Below, in pieces: positions 9,515-18,644 of a stretch of DNA of 53,225 bases. The position numbers and the translations under genes were made by a program. Below the pieces are notes generated by a model. The model did not search any database. It had not been told where the DNA came from and saw only the letters and a program-made list of their open reading frames with translations. This stretch comes from Fidelibacterota bacterium. Its GTDB lineage: Bacteria; Fidelibacterota; Marinisomatia; Marinisomatales; UBA2128. The stretch covers positions 1-53,225 of the forward strand of contig JBHHUM010000008.1 of NCBI GenBank assembly GCA_046861645.1. The letters are read 5' to 3'. Positions within the stretch are counted from its first letter, which is position 1; every line of letters begins with the position of its first letter.

Positions 9515-9946
9515 TTAGGGTTCAAATGCAAACGCCATTCCTGTTCGGTTATCCCTCAAATAGAAACCATAATCACTATCCTCTGATGGTGGAAGAATTG
9601 TGTAAATAAAAGGTTCTCCGAAACTATTTTTAGGAATAATTCCCTTCGAAAAGAGAGTCTTAGGAGCTCTCCCATTGTAAAGGATATTACTATTCCCCCA
9701 CTCATCATCAATCAGACTATCAGCAGGAGCAGGAGGAAATTCTGGAGAACGATCCAACACGCTAAGATAGAAGTGATTTACAAAAGCTTGCTTTACCGCT
9801 ATCATATTTGCTTCGGTCGATTTTAAACGACTCTCAGCATTCCAGACGGTATATATAGGAGTCATGATAGCAGCCAAAGTGACCATGATTCCTACAGATA
9901 TCACCAGTTCAATAAATGTAAAGCCATCTGTTTGTGCGCTTTTCAT
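9515..9946 (-). CDS. Type IV pilin / GspG-like pseudopilin
   Basis: DG/FTFIEL. PKNSFGEPFIY resembles the GspG PxDPWGxxYxY motif. Confidence 0.85.
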   Translation of the reverse strand: MKSAQTDGFTFIELVISVGIMVTLAAIMTPIYTVWNAESRLKSTEANMIAVKQAFVNHFYLSVLDRSPEFPPAPADSLIDDEWGNSNILYNGRAPKTLFSKGIIPKNSFGEPFIYTILPPSEDSDYGFYLRDNRTGMAFAFEP

Positions 9947-9957
9947 GTTCAGAAAAT

Positions 9958-9989
9958 AAAACAGTCCCGCTGTAAGGCGGGACTGTTTT
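9958..9989. terminator. Rho-independent terminator after the two candidate major pilin genes
   Basis: Perfect 13-bp inverted repeat AAAACAGTCCCGC-tgtaag-GCGGGACTGTTTT. On the minus strand the stem runs into TTTTATTTT. Confidence 0.9.
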
Positions 9990-10050
9990 TCATTCGATCA
10001 TACATTTTTCCCATCAGGTCATCAATAGACCTAACAAGCCATGTAATGAT

Positions 10051-10458
10051 TTATTTTGCTGTTGCTTCTCTATTGCCAAGAGTGTAACTCTTTTTATTGG
10101 TCGCCCGTTTGTAAGTCCACTGGATTGCACTGTCACCCCTGGCATCATACTTAATAAGTGCGCTATCAGTAGCAGCAGCCACTGACCAACCATCCGGGAT
10201 CTCATCCAAGATATCTGAAAATGCAAAAGTGGCATGATCTGGAAATTCTTTTTTCCCATTTTGTGCCAGTTCATTAACAGAATAGGTCAATAAACCTGAT
10301 TTAAGATTACCAATAACGGCTTTCTCAACCTTTAGGTGTGTTTTTACCTCCAAGCTGAAGAATTTGGGAACTACCACTGCTGCCAGAATCCCCAAGATCA
10401 CGATCACCATGATCAATTCAATTAGAGTGAAACCCGCATCTTTTTTTCTCATTTTCAT
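10051..10458 (-). CDS. Type IV pilin, MshA-like candidate major pilin
   Basis: AG/FTLIELIMVIVILGILAAVVVPKF. Strong RBS AAGGAG. Confidence 0.9.
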   Translation of the reverse strand: MKMRKKDAGFTLIELIMVIVILGILAAVVVPKFFSLEVKTHLKVEKAVIGNLKSGLLTYSVNELAQNGKKEFPDHATFAFSDILDEIPDGWSVAAATDSALIKYDARGDSAIQWTYKRATNKKSYTLGNREATAK

Positions 10459-10499
10459 TACTGTTCTCCTTATTTACTGTTAACAGTCATTCTACTTTG

Positions 10500-11012
10500 T
10501 TAGGGTGTGAAAACATTAGTGATTTCACTGAAGGAAGGATCACTTATTTCAATGGATGGTTGTACGGTAACATTTAAAGTGACAATCCCACCAGATATAG
10601 TCCATTCTCCAGCACCAGGTGTAACCGCAGTAACCAGATATTTTTGATTATCAAAAGGGGATTCAGGTAACCCCCCTGGGAAAATCTCACCAAAAGTCAC
10701 AAAAGTTTCTGTTCCGTTGTCTAAAAACTTTATCACTTGAACATCACTCTTCACAGTATCCCCAGCTGTAGCAGCGAAGGTGGCAATAGCCTCCGTTCCA
10801 TCCCCAAATGGAGCTCTTTTGATATACTCCTGAAGTACTGCTGCTCCAATATTATTAATGTTATCCAGAGATTTTACACCTTTAGATTTATTTCCTGCTT
10901 CTATATAGCTGGGTATAGCAAAGGATGCTAATGTGCCTACTATTGCCGTAGTAACTACTAATTCCATCAAGGTGAAGCCACCTCTTCGTGTTCTTTTAGT
11001 AAATTTTTTCAT
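10500..11012 (-). CDS. Type IV pilin, candidate major pilin
   Basis: RRGG/FTLMELVVTTAIVGTLASFAIPSY. First gene behind the sigma54 promoter. Confidence 0.9.
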   Translation of the reverse strand: MKKFTKRTRRGGFTLMELVVTTAIVGTLASFAIPSYIEAGNKSKGVKSLDNINNIGAAVLQEYIKRAPFGDGTEAIATFAATAGDTVKSDVQVIKFLDNGTETFVTFGEIFPGGLPESPFDNQKYLVTAVTPGAGEWTISGGIVTLNVTVQPSIEISDPSFSEITNVFTP

Positions 11013-11062
11013 CTTTTATCTTCCTTAATCAGATTCAGAATATATATCTACGCCTAGTAACC

Positions 11063-11077
11063 ACAAATATCGTGCCA
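11063..11077 (-). promoter_or_regulatory. Sigma54 (-24/-12) promoter of the pilin genes
   Basis: Minus strand reads TGGCAC-GATAT-TTGT against consensus TGGCAC-N5-TTGC. It is 50 bp upstream of the pilin ATG, and a sigma54 activator is encoded in the locus. Confidence 0.8.
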
Positions 11078-11118
11078 AACTATTATCGAGGGTAATTACT
11101 TTGGTTTCCATAATTAAG

Positions 11119-11156
11119 TGTATCTAAACAAGACATCATTGTCTCATAATGAAACA
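11119..11156. promoter_or_regulatory. Tandem TGT-N11-ACA upstream activator sites
   Basis: TGTATCTAAACAAGACA (11119-11135) and near-palindromic TGTCTCATAATGAAACA (11140-11156), 21 bp apart and upstream of the -24 box. Confidence 0.65.
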
Positions 11157-11338
11157 CTTTCACTTTATATATATGTTGAATCAGATTGGATACTATCAGC
11201 GTAAGATTCTCCAAATCAAAATTGATCTATCCTATTATATAGATAGTTGAACATTTTCGGTTAATCATTCTTATTACTAAATTACATTATACTAACAAAG
11301 AAGAAAATATAGGTTTTTCTAATACGAAGGAACTTGAT

Positions 11339-11926
11339 ATGAGAAATAAACTTAATACGAAATCAATCTGGACAGTATTTGCTGTTCTATGTATATGTAC
11401 TGTAATCTTATATCCTTTAAATCTCACTCAATCTTCTAATGATGAAGAATATTCCCCTCAAGAGAGTTATGATGAAATAGAGTGGCATAACCGTTATACC
11501 GGTGAAGAAAAACTATTACTAAAAAACATATTATTCCATCTTGGATATGAAATAGAAACCGATACCTCTCTATGGACTGCAAAAAATAGTGAGGTAGTGA
11601 GGAAATTTCAGCAGGACAACCTAATTAAAATCGATGGGAAAATTGGTCCAGAAACACTATCGACGATGTCTTTGGCACTTCAGGTATTATATCGTCATGA
11701 AAGCGAAACCGCATCAAATGAACTCGCTCAACCACTTCATGGAAAAATACTCTTCCGGAATACAGATAAAGTTCATGAGGGTGATATAGTAAAATACTGG
11801 CATTATGATTTTGATAAATGGTTGTACTCTAGAGTAATTAAAATTGTTGGAACAGAAGTGACTCTCCACGACTGGAGACGAGATGAAATATTCGTAATGG
11901 ATATGGACAATATAGAAGGTTACTAA
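11339..11926 (+). CDS. Exported or membrane-anchored peptidoglycan-binding (PG_binding_1) protein
   Basis: N-terminal hydrophobic helix. LFHLGY...VRKFQQDNLIKIDGKIGPET. Small beta-rich C-terminal domain. Confidence 0.8.
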   Translation: MRNKLNTKSIWTVFAVLCICTVILYPLNLTQSSNDEEYSPQESYDEIEWHNRYTGEEKLLLKNILFHLGYEIETDTSLWTAKNSEVVRKFQQDNLIKIDGKIGPETLSTMSLALQVLYRHESETASNELAQPLHGKILFRNTDKVHEGDIVKYWHYDFDKWLYSRVIKIVGTEVTLHDWRRDEIFVMDMDNIEGY

Positions 11927-12068
11927 TTAAAACATGAAAAGTATATGACTATTGCTACCAGGGACATAATCAGGAAGTACACCCAGGAAGGAAACCTTTT
12001 TCGAGTAAAAAAATACGTCCATTTATTATCATCAGAATCATTTTTCATTACTTGACCTCTTATCTAAC

Positions 12069-13277
12069 TCAAAATGTCTCATACATTTTCCACATGGGAA
12101 GGAAAATTCCCAGGGCAATTAAAAGCAGAAAGGCTCCCATCATTACCGTCATGAGTGGTTCTATCATAGTGGACAATTGCTTAATCAATTGATCAACTTC
12201 TTCGTCGTACTGGGTAGCAATGTTTTGCAACATGTTATCCAGAGCACCAGACTGCTCACCGATACTGATCATTTTTAATGTCATTGGAGGAAAATATTTA
12301 CTTTCCGATAAAGCATCCGCCAGGGAAACTCCCTCAGCTACTTTCTCTTTCGCCTTAGCAATGTGACTACCGATTACGAGGTTACCAACCGTCGTTTCGG
12401 TTGTCTGCATAGCATCAATAATCAGAATACCACCTCGACTGAGTGTCTCCATCATATGTGCAAATCTGGCTACTGTACTTTTAACAAATAATGTCTTTAA
12501 TACAGGCAACTTTAATTTGATAAGGTCAAATACATAATGCCCCTTGGAGGTTCGGAAAAAGGAAATAGTTCCTACAACAACAACCAAAACAATAATTAAT
12601 GTGTAAAACCAGTAATGAGTAAAGGCGTCACTTAGTCCAATAAGAATTCTGGTGGGAAGGGGAAGCTCAATATTCTGTGATTTAAATAATTTTGAAAACT
12701 TGGGGATAATAAAGACAATAGCACCAACAAAGGCTAAGGTCAATGCAGTAAAAACTATTATAGGATAACGGAGAGCAGCTTTAATATTGGCCACCACTTG
12801 AATTTCGTGGCCAATAAACTTCGACAATCTTTTTAATATTGTGTCAATCACACCGGCCTTCTCCCCAGCTTCAATCATATTCGCATATAAGGACGAGAAA
12901 GCCCGTGGATATTCGCGTAAAGCCTGAGAAAAAGATTCACCACTATTCAATTTCTCAGCCAGAGATCTTACAATAGACTTCATTTGGGGAGTTTCAGCCT
13001 GTTCCTCTAATGCTTCTAAGCTGGACAGTAATGGGACACCAGCATCTAACATGATTGATAATTGTGTCGTAAAATGTTCAATTTCTCGTGGTTTTACTTT
13101 CTTTTGCTTCTTAAACCAGGCATCCAACCCCAACGGCTTTCTTTTCGCCTTTACCGCTAATACTAATTCATTTCTACTCTCGATGGCTTCATAAACTTCA
13201 AATTTTGATTCGGCTTCAATTACTCTCTCTAAAACTGTACCATCTTCCGTAATCAATTTGCATTCAAATTCGGGCAT
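12069..13277 (-). CDS. pilC: Type IV pilus inner-membrane platform protein (GspF family)
   Basis: FTTQLSIMLDAGVPL, GESFSQAL, AGEKAG, ALRYP, IGEQSGALD and IEP...FLPMW. Confidence 0.95.
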   Translation of the reverse strand: MPEFECKLITEDGTVLERVIEAESKFEVYEAIESRNELVLAVKAKRKPLGLDAWFKKQKKVKPREIEHFTTQLSIMLDAGVPLLSSLEALEEQAETPQMKSIVRSLAEKLNSGESFSQALREYPRAFSSLYANMIEAGEKAGVIDTILKRLSKFIGHEIQVVANIKAALRYPIIVFTALTLAFVGAIVFIIPKFSKLFKSQNIELPLPTRILIGLSDAFTHYWFYTLIIVLVVVVGTISFFRTSKGHYVFDLIKLKLPVLKTLFVKSTVARFAHMMETLSRGGILIIDAMQTTETTVGNLVIGSHIAKAKEKVAEGVSLADALSESKYFPPMTLKMISIGEQSGALDNMLQNIATQYDEEVDQLIKQLSTMIEPLMTVMMGAFLLLIALGIFLPMWKMYETF

Positions 13278-13281
13278 CTTG

Positions 13282-14667
13282 TTAATCCTCGGATTCAGAA
13301 AGATGATATTTCTTCATCTTTCTATAAAGTGCTGATCTCGAAATTTCCAATTGCTCTGCAACTTTACTGATATTTCCCTTCAATTTAGTCAAGGCGTGAC
13401 TGATAGCTAATTTTTCGACCTTCCATAAAGGACCCACTTGTTCATTGAACTTAACAGTCTGGTCGTCTTCAGCTTTATACTTTTGGTCATCATGAAGAAC
13501 TTCTTCTAAAGAAGATTCTGATAAATTTAAATCAGAAGATTGAAAAATGATCCTGGTAAGTATGTTTTCTAATTCCCTCACATTTCCTTTAAGGGGAAGT
13601 TGCTGTAATCTATTAATTAACTCCCAGGAAATAGATTCTATGGAAAGATTATTCTGTTTTTTCAATCTATTTAAAATGAAAAAGATTAATAGTGGAATAT
13701 CTTGTTTTCGCTGAGACAACTCAGGTAGTTTTATAGGAATGACATTTAATCGATAGTATAAATCTTCTCTAAAAGTTTTGTTAGAAATATGATCAACCAA
13801 ATCCTGATGAGTGGCTGATAATAGTCTAATATCCACTTCCTTCTCAATAGTTCCTCCTAAGCGATGAACTTTTTGATCTTCTAAAACTCTTAAAAGTTTT
13901 GACTGTAACTTCAGAGGCATATCACCTATTTCATCTAAGAATACAGTACCTCCATCAGCTATTTCCAGTTTTCCTGCTTTCGCCTGTTTTGCATCAGTAA
14001 AAGCCCCTTTTTCATATCCGAACAATTCACTTTCCAATAAATTTTCAGGTATAGCAGCACAATTCAGGGTGAGAAAACGCTTTTTTCTCCTGTGACTTAA
14101 TTCATGGATGGTTTTCGCTACTAATTCCTTGCCACTACCACTACTTCCCGTAATTAATACTGTAAAATCTGTTGCAGCAACCTTAACAATTTGATTGTAC
14201 ATAGAAAGCATTTGGGGAGAATTTCCAACAAAAGATGAAAAACCGCTGGGGTAAAGATTATCTTTATACTCTGGTGTTATTGTGTTAACCGTATTGAAAT
14301 AAAGGGATAACTTTGATAGTATCTTTTCAATATCAGTTTCCAAACTATCTTTATGAACAATAGTTAATAACTGTCTATCGCTTGAGCAGACATTCCCATC
14401 AACCCGGTTCTTAGCAATGATTAATATATAGGGCAACCACTTGTTAACCTTCCTGAGTTCTTGACAAAAATATTGAAAGCGTCCACCAATTGTATCCCAA
14501 TCCACCCATACACTGGAAACAGGATTGATCGCAGCGTAACCCAGTGCGGTAATCCAGTCCTTAGCAAAAGTAACTTCACCATTCTGCAGACTCTTAGTAC
14601 CTAATAAGGATTCAAAAGTCTTGCGTATTTTTCTGTTCTTTTCAGAAAGGATAACGATCAAATTCAT
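13282..14667 (-). CDS. Sigma54-dependent Fis-family activator (PilR-like) with an atypical receiver domain
   Basis: Walker A GSSGSGKE, NCAAIP, ESELFG, GAFTDA, FLDEIG, FREDLYYRL, GNVREL and a C-terminal HTH. Confidence 0.93.
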   Translation of the reverse strand: MNLIVILSEKNRKIRKTFESLLGTKSLQNGEVTFAKDWITALGYAAINPVSSVWVDWDTIGGRFQYFCQELRKVNKWLPYILIIAKNRVDGNVCSSDRQLLTIVHKDSLETDIEKILSKLSLYFNTVNTITPEYKDNLYPSGFSSFVGNSPQMLSMYNQIVKVAATDFTVLITGSSGSGKELVAKTIHELSHRRKKRFLTLNCAAIPENLLESELFGYEKGAFTDAKQAKAGKLEIADGGTVFLDEIGDMPLKLQSKLLRVLEDQKVHRLGGTIEKEVDIRLLSATHQDLVDHISNKTFREDLYYRLNVIPIKLPELSQRKQDIPLLIFFILNRLKKQNNLSIESISWELINRLQQLPLKGNVRELENILTRIIFQSSDLNLSESSLEEVLHDDQKYKAEDDQTVKFNEQVGPLWKVEKLAISHALTKLKGNISKVAEQLEISRSALYRKMKKYHLSESED

Positions 14668-14698
14668 TTTTCGTTTACCTTTTGAAGTATTATTTAAC

Positions 14699-16360
14699 CT
14701 ATCCTATCGTTACACGAATCATCTCTTCAACCGATGTCAGCCCTGCAGATACAATATCCAATGCAGCATTCTTCAGTGTGACCATACCGTTCTTCTCGGC
14801 AACATGCTGTATTTCAGTAGCCGTAGCATGTTTATTCACCATATCAGCAATTTCCTCTGTAGGAATTAACAATTCGTAAATACCGGTGCGGCCATGAAAC
14901 CCCGAATTCTTACAATGTGCACACCCAACTGATTTAAATAATCTCCCTTTAAATTTTCCCTCAAAACCCATGGACTTTAGCAAAGCTTCAGTAGGTTCGA
15001 TTTCCAGTTTACAGCGTGGGCATAAGAGTCGCAGTAACCGCTGAGCCAGAATAGCTCTAACTGAAGAGCTGATTAGAAAGGAATCTAACCCCATATCCAA
15101 CATACGGGTAAAGCTGGAAGCTGCATCATTGGTATGAATGGTGCTAAAAACCAAATGACCGGTGAGTGCGGCACGAATTGCCAATTCAATAGTTTCTACA
15201 TCTCTCATCTCACCTACCATGATAACATCGGGGTCTTGTCGTAACATTGATCGTAAAGCGCTGGAAAAAGTAAGTCCTGCCCGAGGATTTACCTGACCCT
15301 GATTGATATTATCCAGATTATATTCAACTGGATCCTCTATCGTCATAATATTTACTTCAATGGTATTTACAATATTCATGGTGGCATAAAGTGTGGTAGT
15401 TTTACCACTACCAGTCGGACCCGAAACTATGATTATACCGTTGGGATAACGAATGACTTCTCTCCATTTATTCAGAGTTTCATCTGAAAAACCAAGCTTA
15501 TGTAATTCTATTCTACCTCGGGATTCATCTAAAATTCTGAGCACGACTTTTTCACCCGTCACGGCGGGAAAGGTGGAGGTTCTAACGTCTACTTTCCGAC
15601 TATTCACTTCGTAGCTGAATCTACCATCCTGAGGAACTCTTGATTCGGCAATATCCATGTTAGCCAATATTTTTACTCGTGAAATCATAGGCGCCATAGA
15701 TGATTTAGGCACGGTGTAATATTGCTGTAATACGCCATCAACGCGGAAACGAATACGAACGTCTTTCTCACGAGGCTCAATATGAATATCGCTGGCGCCC
15801 ATTTTTATCGCTTCATCAAATAACATATTTACAGCTTCAATTATCTCTGTTTCTTCACCGATTTCCTTTGAAATTACCCGGGCTGTTTTGTCTGTCTTAC
15901 CCCCCGTTTTGGAAGCATATTGGGCAGCACTGTAATAAAGGTCAATGGCTTGCTCTATATCTGATTCAGTCGCCAGAACTAAATTCACTTCCATCCCAGT
16001 TTTATCACTTATATCATCGATAACATCGACGTTAAGGGGATCCGATATAGCGACAGTTAAGGATCTCTCGATCACAAATAGCGGCATGATCTTTTGCTTT
16101 AATGCCATGGTTTCATCAATCAAATCCAGCACTTCAGGCTGAATTTCATAGTTCAATAATTCGAGAAAGGGAAGTTTTAATTGATCTCCAAGAGTCTGTA
16201 CGATCTCTTTTTCCGTTAATAAACCAAGCTCGATAATAGCTTTGCCAAGATAGATATTCCGATCCTGCTTGTATGCTAAAGCCTCTTCCAGCTGATTTGA
16301 GTCGATCTTTCCCGCATCAATCAGTATCTGTCCCAACTGCTTTTTACGTTGTACTGCCAT
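14699..16360 (-). CDS. pilB: Type IV pilus assembly ATPase (GspE/PilB) with an MshEN-like N-terminus
   Basis: ASDIHIEP, GPTGSGKTT, TIEDPVE, LRQDPDVIMVGEMRD and a tetracysteine motif. Start at ATG 16360 after AGGAG. Confidence 0.95.
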   Translation of the reverse strand: MAVQRKKQLGQILIDAGKIDSNQLEEALAYKQDRNIYLGKAIIELGLLTEKEIVQTLGDQLKLPFLELLNYEIQPEVLDLIDETMALKQKIMPLFVIERSLTVAISDPLNVDVIDDISDKTGMEVNLVLATESDIEQAIDLYYSAAQYASKTGGKTDKTARVISKEIGEETEIIEAVNMLFDEAIKMGASDIHIEPREKDVRIRFRVDGVLQQYYTVPKSSMAPMISRVKILANMDIAESRVPQDGRFSYEVNSRKVDVRTSTFPAVTGEKVVLRILDESRGRIELHKLGFSDETLNKWREVIRYPNGIIIVSGPTGSGKTTTLYATMNIVNTIEVNIMTIEDPVEYNLDNINQGQVNPRAGLTFSSALRSMLRQDPDVIMVGEMRDVETIELAIRAALTGHLVFSTIHTNDAASSFTRMLDMGLDSFLISSSVRAILAQRLLRLLCPRCKLEIEPTEALLKSMGFEGKFKGRLFKSVGCAHCKNSGFHGRTGIYELLIPTEEIADMVNKHATATEIQHVAEKNGMVTLKNAALDIVSAGLTSVEEMIRVTIG

Positions 16361-16368
16361 GAGATCTC

Positions 16369-17130
16369 CTAAAACACGAGTTGTAAATAGGTCTTGATAA
16401 TTATTGGTCCCCATAACATGGCAACAGTGGTCCCTAAGCTTAAAAAGGGACCAAAAGGGATGCGGTTACCAAAAGAGACTTTCCCAAGTGGAAACAGAAT
16501 CAGAATCAGCAAGCTTGCAAATAAAAATGCCAAGGAAATAGCTACTAACCCATTTTTCCATCCTAATAACAGTCCGATTAAGGCTGCGTACTTTACATCC
16601 CCCATGCCCAGGCTTTCTTTTCTAAATACGATATTCCCCAGCATACCAATCAGGAAAATCCCTACTCCCAAACTGATAGCTCCTACAATGAAAGGAATAG
16701 AATTTTCAATGCCCCCTTCCACGAGAGGATACAGTGCCGGAATGATGCCAATTATCAACAATTGATTGGGAATAATTTGATGATCGATATCGATAAATGT
16801 GATGACAAGAATCACACTGATGAAGAAAATGGACATCAAGTAGGCTAGTGTTAGACCATAGTGATAATAGAGAAGAACATACAGAATAGCTGTCAGAAGC
16901 TCTACCGTTATATACCGATAAGAAATAGATGCTTTACAATGGGAACATTTTCCTCGAAGAAAAAGAAAGCTCAAAACAGGTATATTTTCCCAAAACTTGA
17001 GTTGATGATTGCAGGAAGGGCAATGGGACCGGGGATGAACAATTGATTCATTACGGGGCAGCCGATAAATACAGACATTAATAAAACTTCCTATCATTAA
17101 ACCAAATACAATGACGAAGAATAAAATCAT
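16369..17130 (-). CDS. pilD: Prepilin peptidase (A24)
   Basis: GSFINVCIYRLP, two CxxC pairs, FIDID, GMGDVK and PFGPFL. Confidence 0.97.
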   Translation of the reverse strand: MILFFVIVFGLMIGSFINVCIYRLPRNESIVHPRSHCPSCNHQLKFWENIPVLSFLFLRGKCSHCKASISYRYITVELLTAILYVLLYYHYGLTLAYLMSIFFISVILVITFIDIDHQIIPNQLLIIGIIPALYPLVEGGIENSIPFIVGAISLGVGIFLIGMLGNIVFRKESLGMGDVKYAALIGLLLGWKNGLVAISLAFLFASLLILILFPLGKVSFGNRIPFGPFLSLGTTVAMLWGPIIIKTYLQLVF

Positions 17131-17135
17131 AACAA

Positions 17136-17510
17136 TTAAGACTGTTTAAAAAATGTCTGTATCTGTTTAAAAACATCTGCTGGGTCAACTGGTTTAGTAA
17201 GGTACATATCAGCACCACTTTGCTCACCTAATTTCCGGTCATCTTCAGTATCTTTTGCCGAGACGATAATAACAGGAATTGATCTATATTGATTATCAAA
17301 CTTCAATAATCTGCATACTTGGTAGCCATTAATTACAGGTAACATCAGGTCGAGGATAATGGCATCTGGTGTTTCCGATCTGGCCAGGTTCAAACCTGTA
17401 ATGCCATCTTCTGCCGTGACAATTAAAATTCCCTGTTTCTCCAAGAACATTTTTATGGGCTCGATAAAGAATCTTTCATCGTCAATTATTAGGACCTTTT
17501 TATTATCCAT
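17136..17510 (-). CDS. Single-domain response regulator (PilG/PilH-like position)
   Basis: IIDDE, ILDLMLP, SAK, GAD and TKP. Confidence 0.93.
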   Translation of the reverse strand: MDNKKVLIIDDERFFIEPIKMFLEKQGILIVTAEDGITGLNLARSETPDAIILDLMLPVINGYQVCRLLKFDNQYRSIPVIIVSAKDTEDDRKLGEQSGADMYLTKPVDPADVFKQIQTFFKQS

Positions 17511-17529
17511 ATATCACCTTGATTAGTTT

Positions 17530-18636
17530 TCAATCATCATCTTCGAGTAACTCAATTTTCTGGGTGAACATCTGCTCCTCTTTCGATCTGATTTTCAATT
17601 TTAGATCGTGGGGTCGATCAGAACATTGTATCGCGGTATCCTCAGAAATGATGCCGTCCTTAAACAGTGAATAAAGATGCTGATCAAACAGTTGCATTCC
17701 TTCATTAGTAGAAGATTCTATAGTGAACCGCAATAAATTAATTTCCCCTTTGTGAATTAGATCCCTGACCCGTGCTGAAGTCAACATAATTTCCATAGCG
17801 GCCACATAACCTCCATCAACGGTTGAAACCAATCTCTGGGCGATGATGCCAAGCAAATTCTGACTCAGTTGCAAGCGAATCATTTCCTGTTGGGCAGAAT
17901 GATAGAAGCTGCTAATTCTCTCAATAGTTTGGTAAGCATTACTGGCATGCAACGTGCTTACTACAAGATGACCAGTTTCAGCGAAATTCAATGCTGCTGA
18001 CATCGTCTCCTCGTCTCTGATTTCACCAATCAGTAACATGGACGGTGCTTCTCTTAAGGCACTTCTTAAAGCCGTTTTAAACGACTCTGTGTCCATCCCA
18101 ATTTCCCTTTGAGTAACAACTGCCTTTTTGTGAGAATGCAAATATTCTATCGGATCCTCCAGCGTGAGAATATGACCTGGGATGGTGCTATTTCTGTGGT
18201 CAACCATTGCGGCCATGGTCGTGGATTTCCCAGAGCCAGTAGCACCTACGATTAAAATTAATCCTCTTTCTTTTTCCACCAATTCTCCAAGCAGGGAAGG
18301 TAATTTCAATTCATCTAATGTTTTTATCTGAGAAACTATCCTGCGAATGACAAAAGAATCTGAATTGCGCTGTCTGAAAAAGTTTACTCTGAATCTACCC
18401 GTTCCGGGAACGCTATAAGTAAAATCTAACTCCCTTTGTTGAGTATATAATTTGAGCCGATGATCATCTAACATTTCTGATTTGATGGCGCTCATGGTAT
18501 CGGGAGTAATAACCTCCTTTTCTAAAGGAATACTTTTTCCCTTAATTTTCAACATCGGATAAGCACCTAAAGCAGCATATAAATCCGATGCTTCCGTTTC
18601 TTCCATAACATTAAGTAAATCATTGATGGTGTACAT
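17530..18636 (-). CDS. pilU: PilT/PilU-family retraction ATPase (PilU-like)
   Basis: GATGSGKST, HILTLEDPIEY, QREIG, IGEIRD, STLH and GMQLFDQ. Follows pilT. Confidence 0.85.
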   Translation of the reverse strand: MYTINDLLNVMEETEASDLYAALGAYPMLKIKGKSIPLEKEVITPDTMSAIKSEMLDDHRLKLYTQQRELDFTYSVPGTGRFRVNFFRQRNSDSFVIRRIVSQIKTLDELKLPSLLGELVEKERGLILIVGATGSGKSTTMAAMVDHRNSTIPGHILTLEDPIEYLHSHKKAVVTQREIGMDTESFKTALRSALREAPSMLLIGEIRDEETMSAALNFAETGHLVVSTLHASNAYQTIERISSFYHSAQQEMIRLQLSQNLLGIIAQRLVSTVDGGYVAAMEIMLTSARVRDLIHKGEINLLRFTIESSTNEGMQLFDQHLYSLFKDGIISEDTAIQCSDRPHDLKLKIRSKEEQMFTQKIELLEDDD

Positions 18637-18644
18637 GTTTTTCT

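Noticed and set aside
10051..10458. 135-aa pilin as a conductive e-pilin (12/126 aromatic, 9.5%)
   Set aside because: Borderline density, position 27 is Leu, and there is no supporting redox gene.
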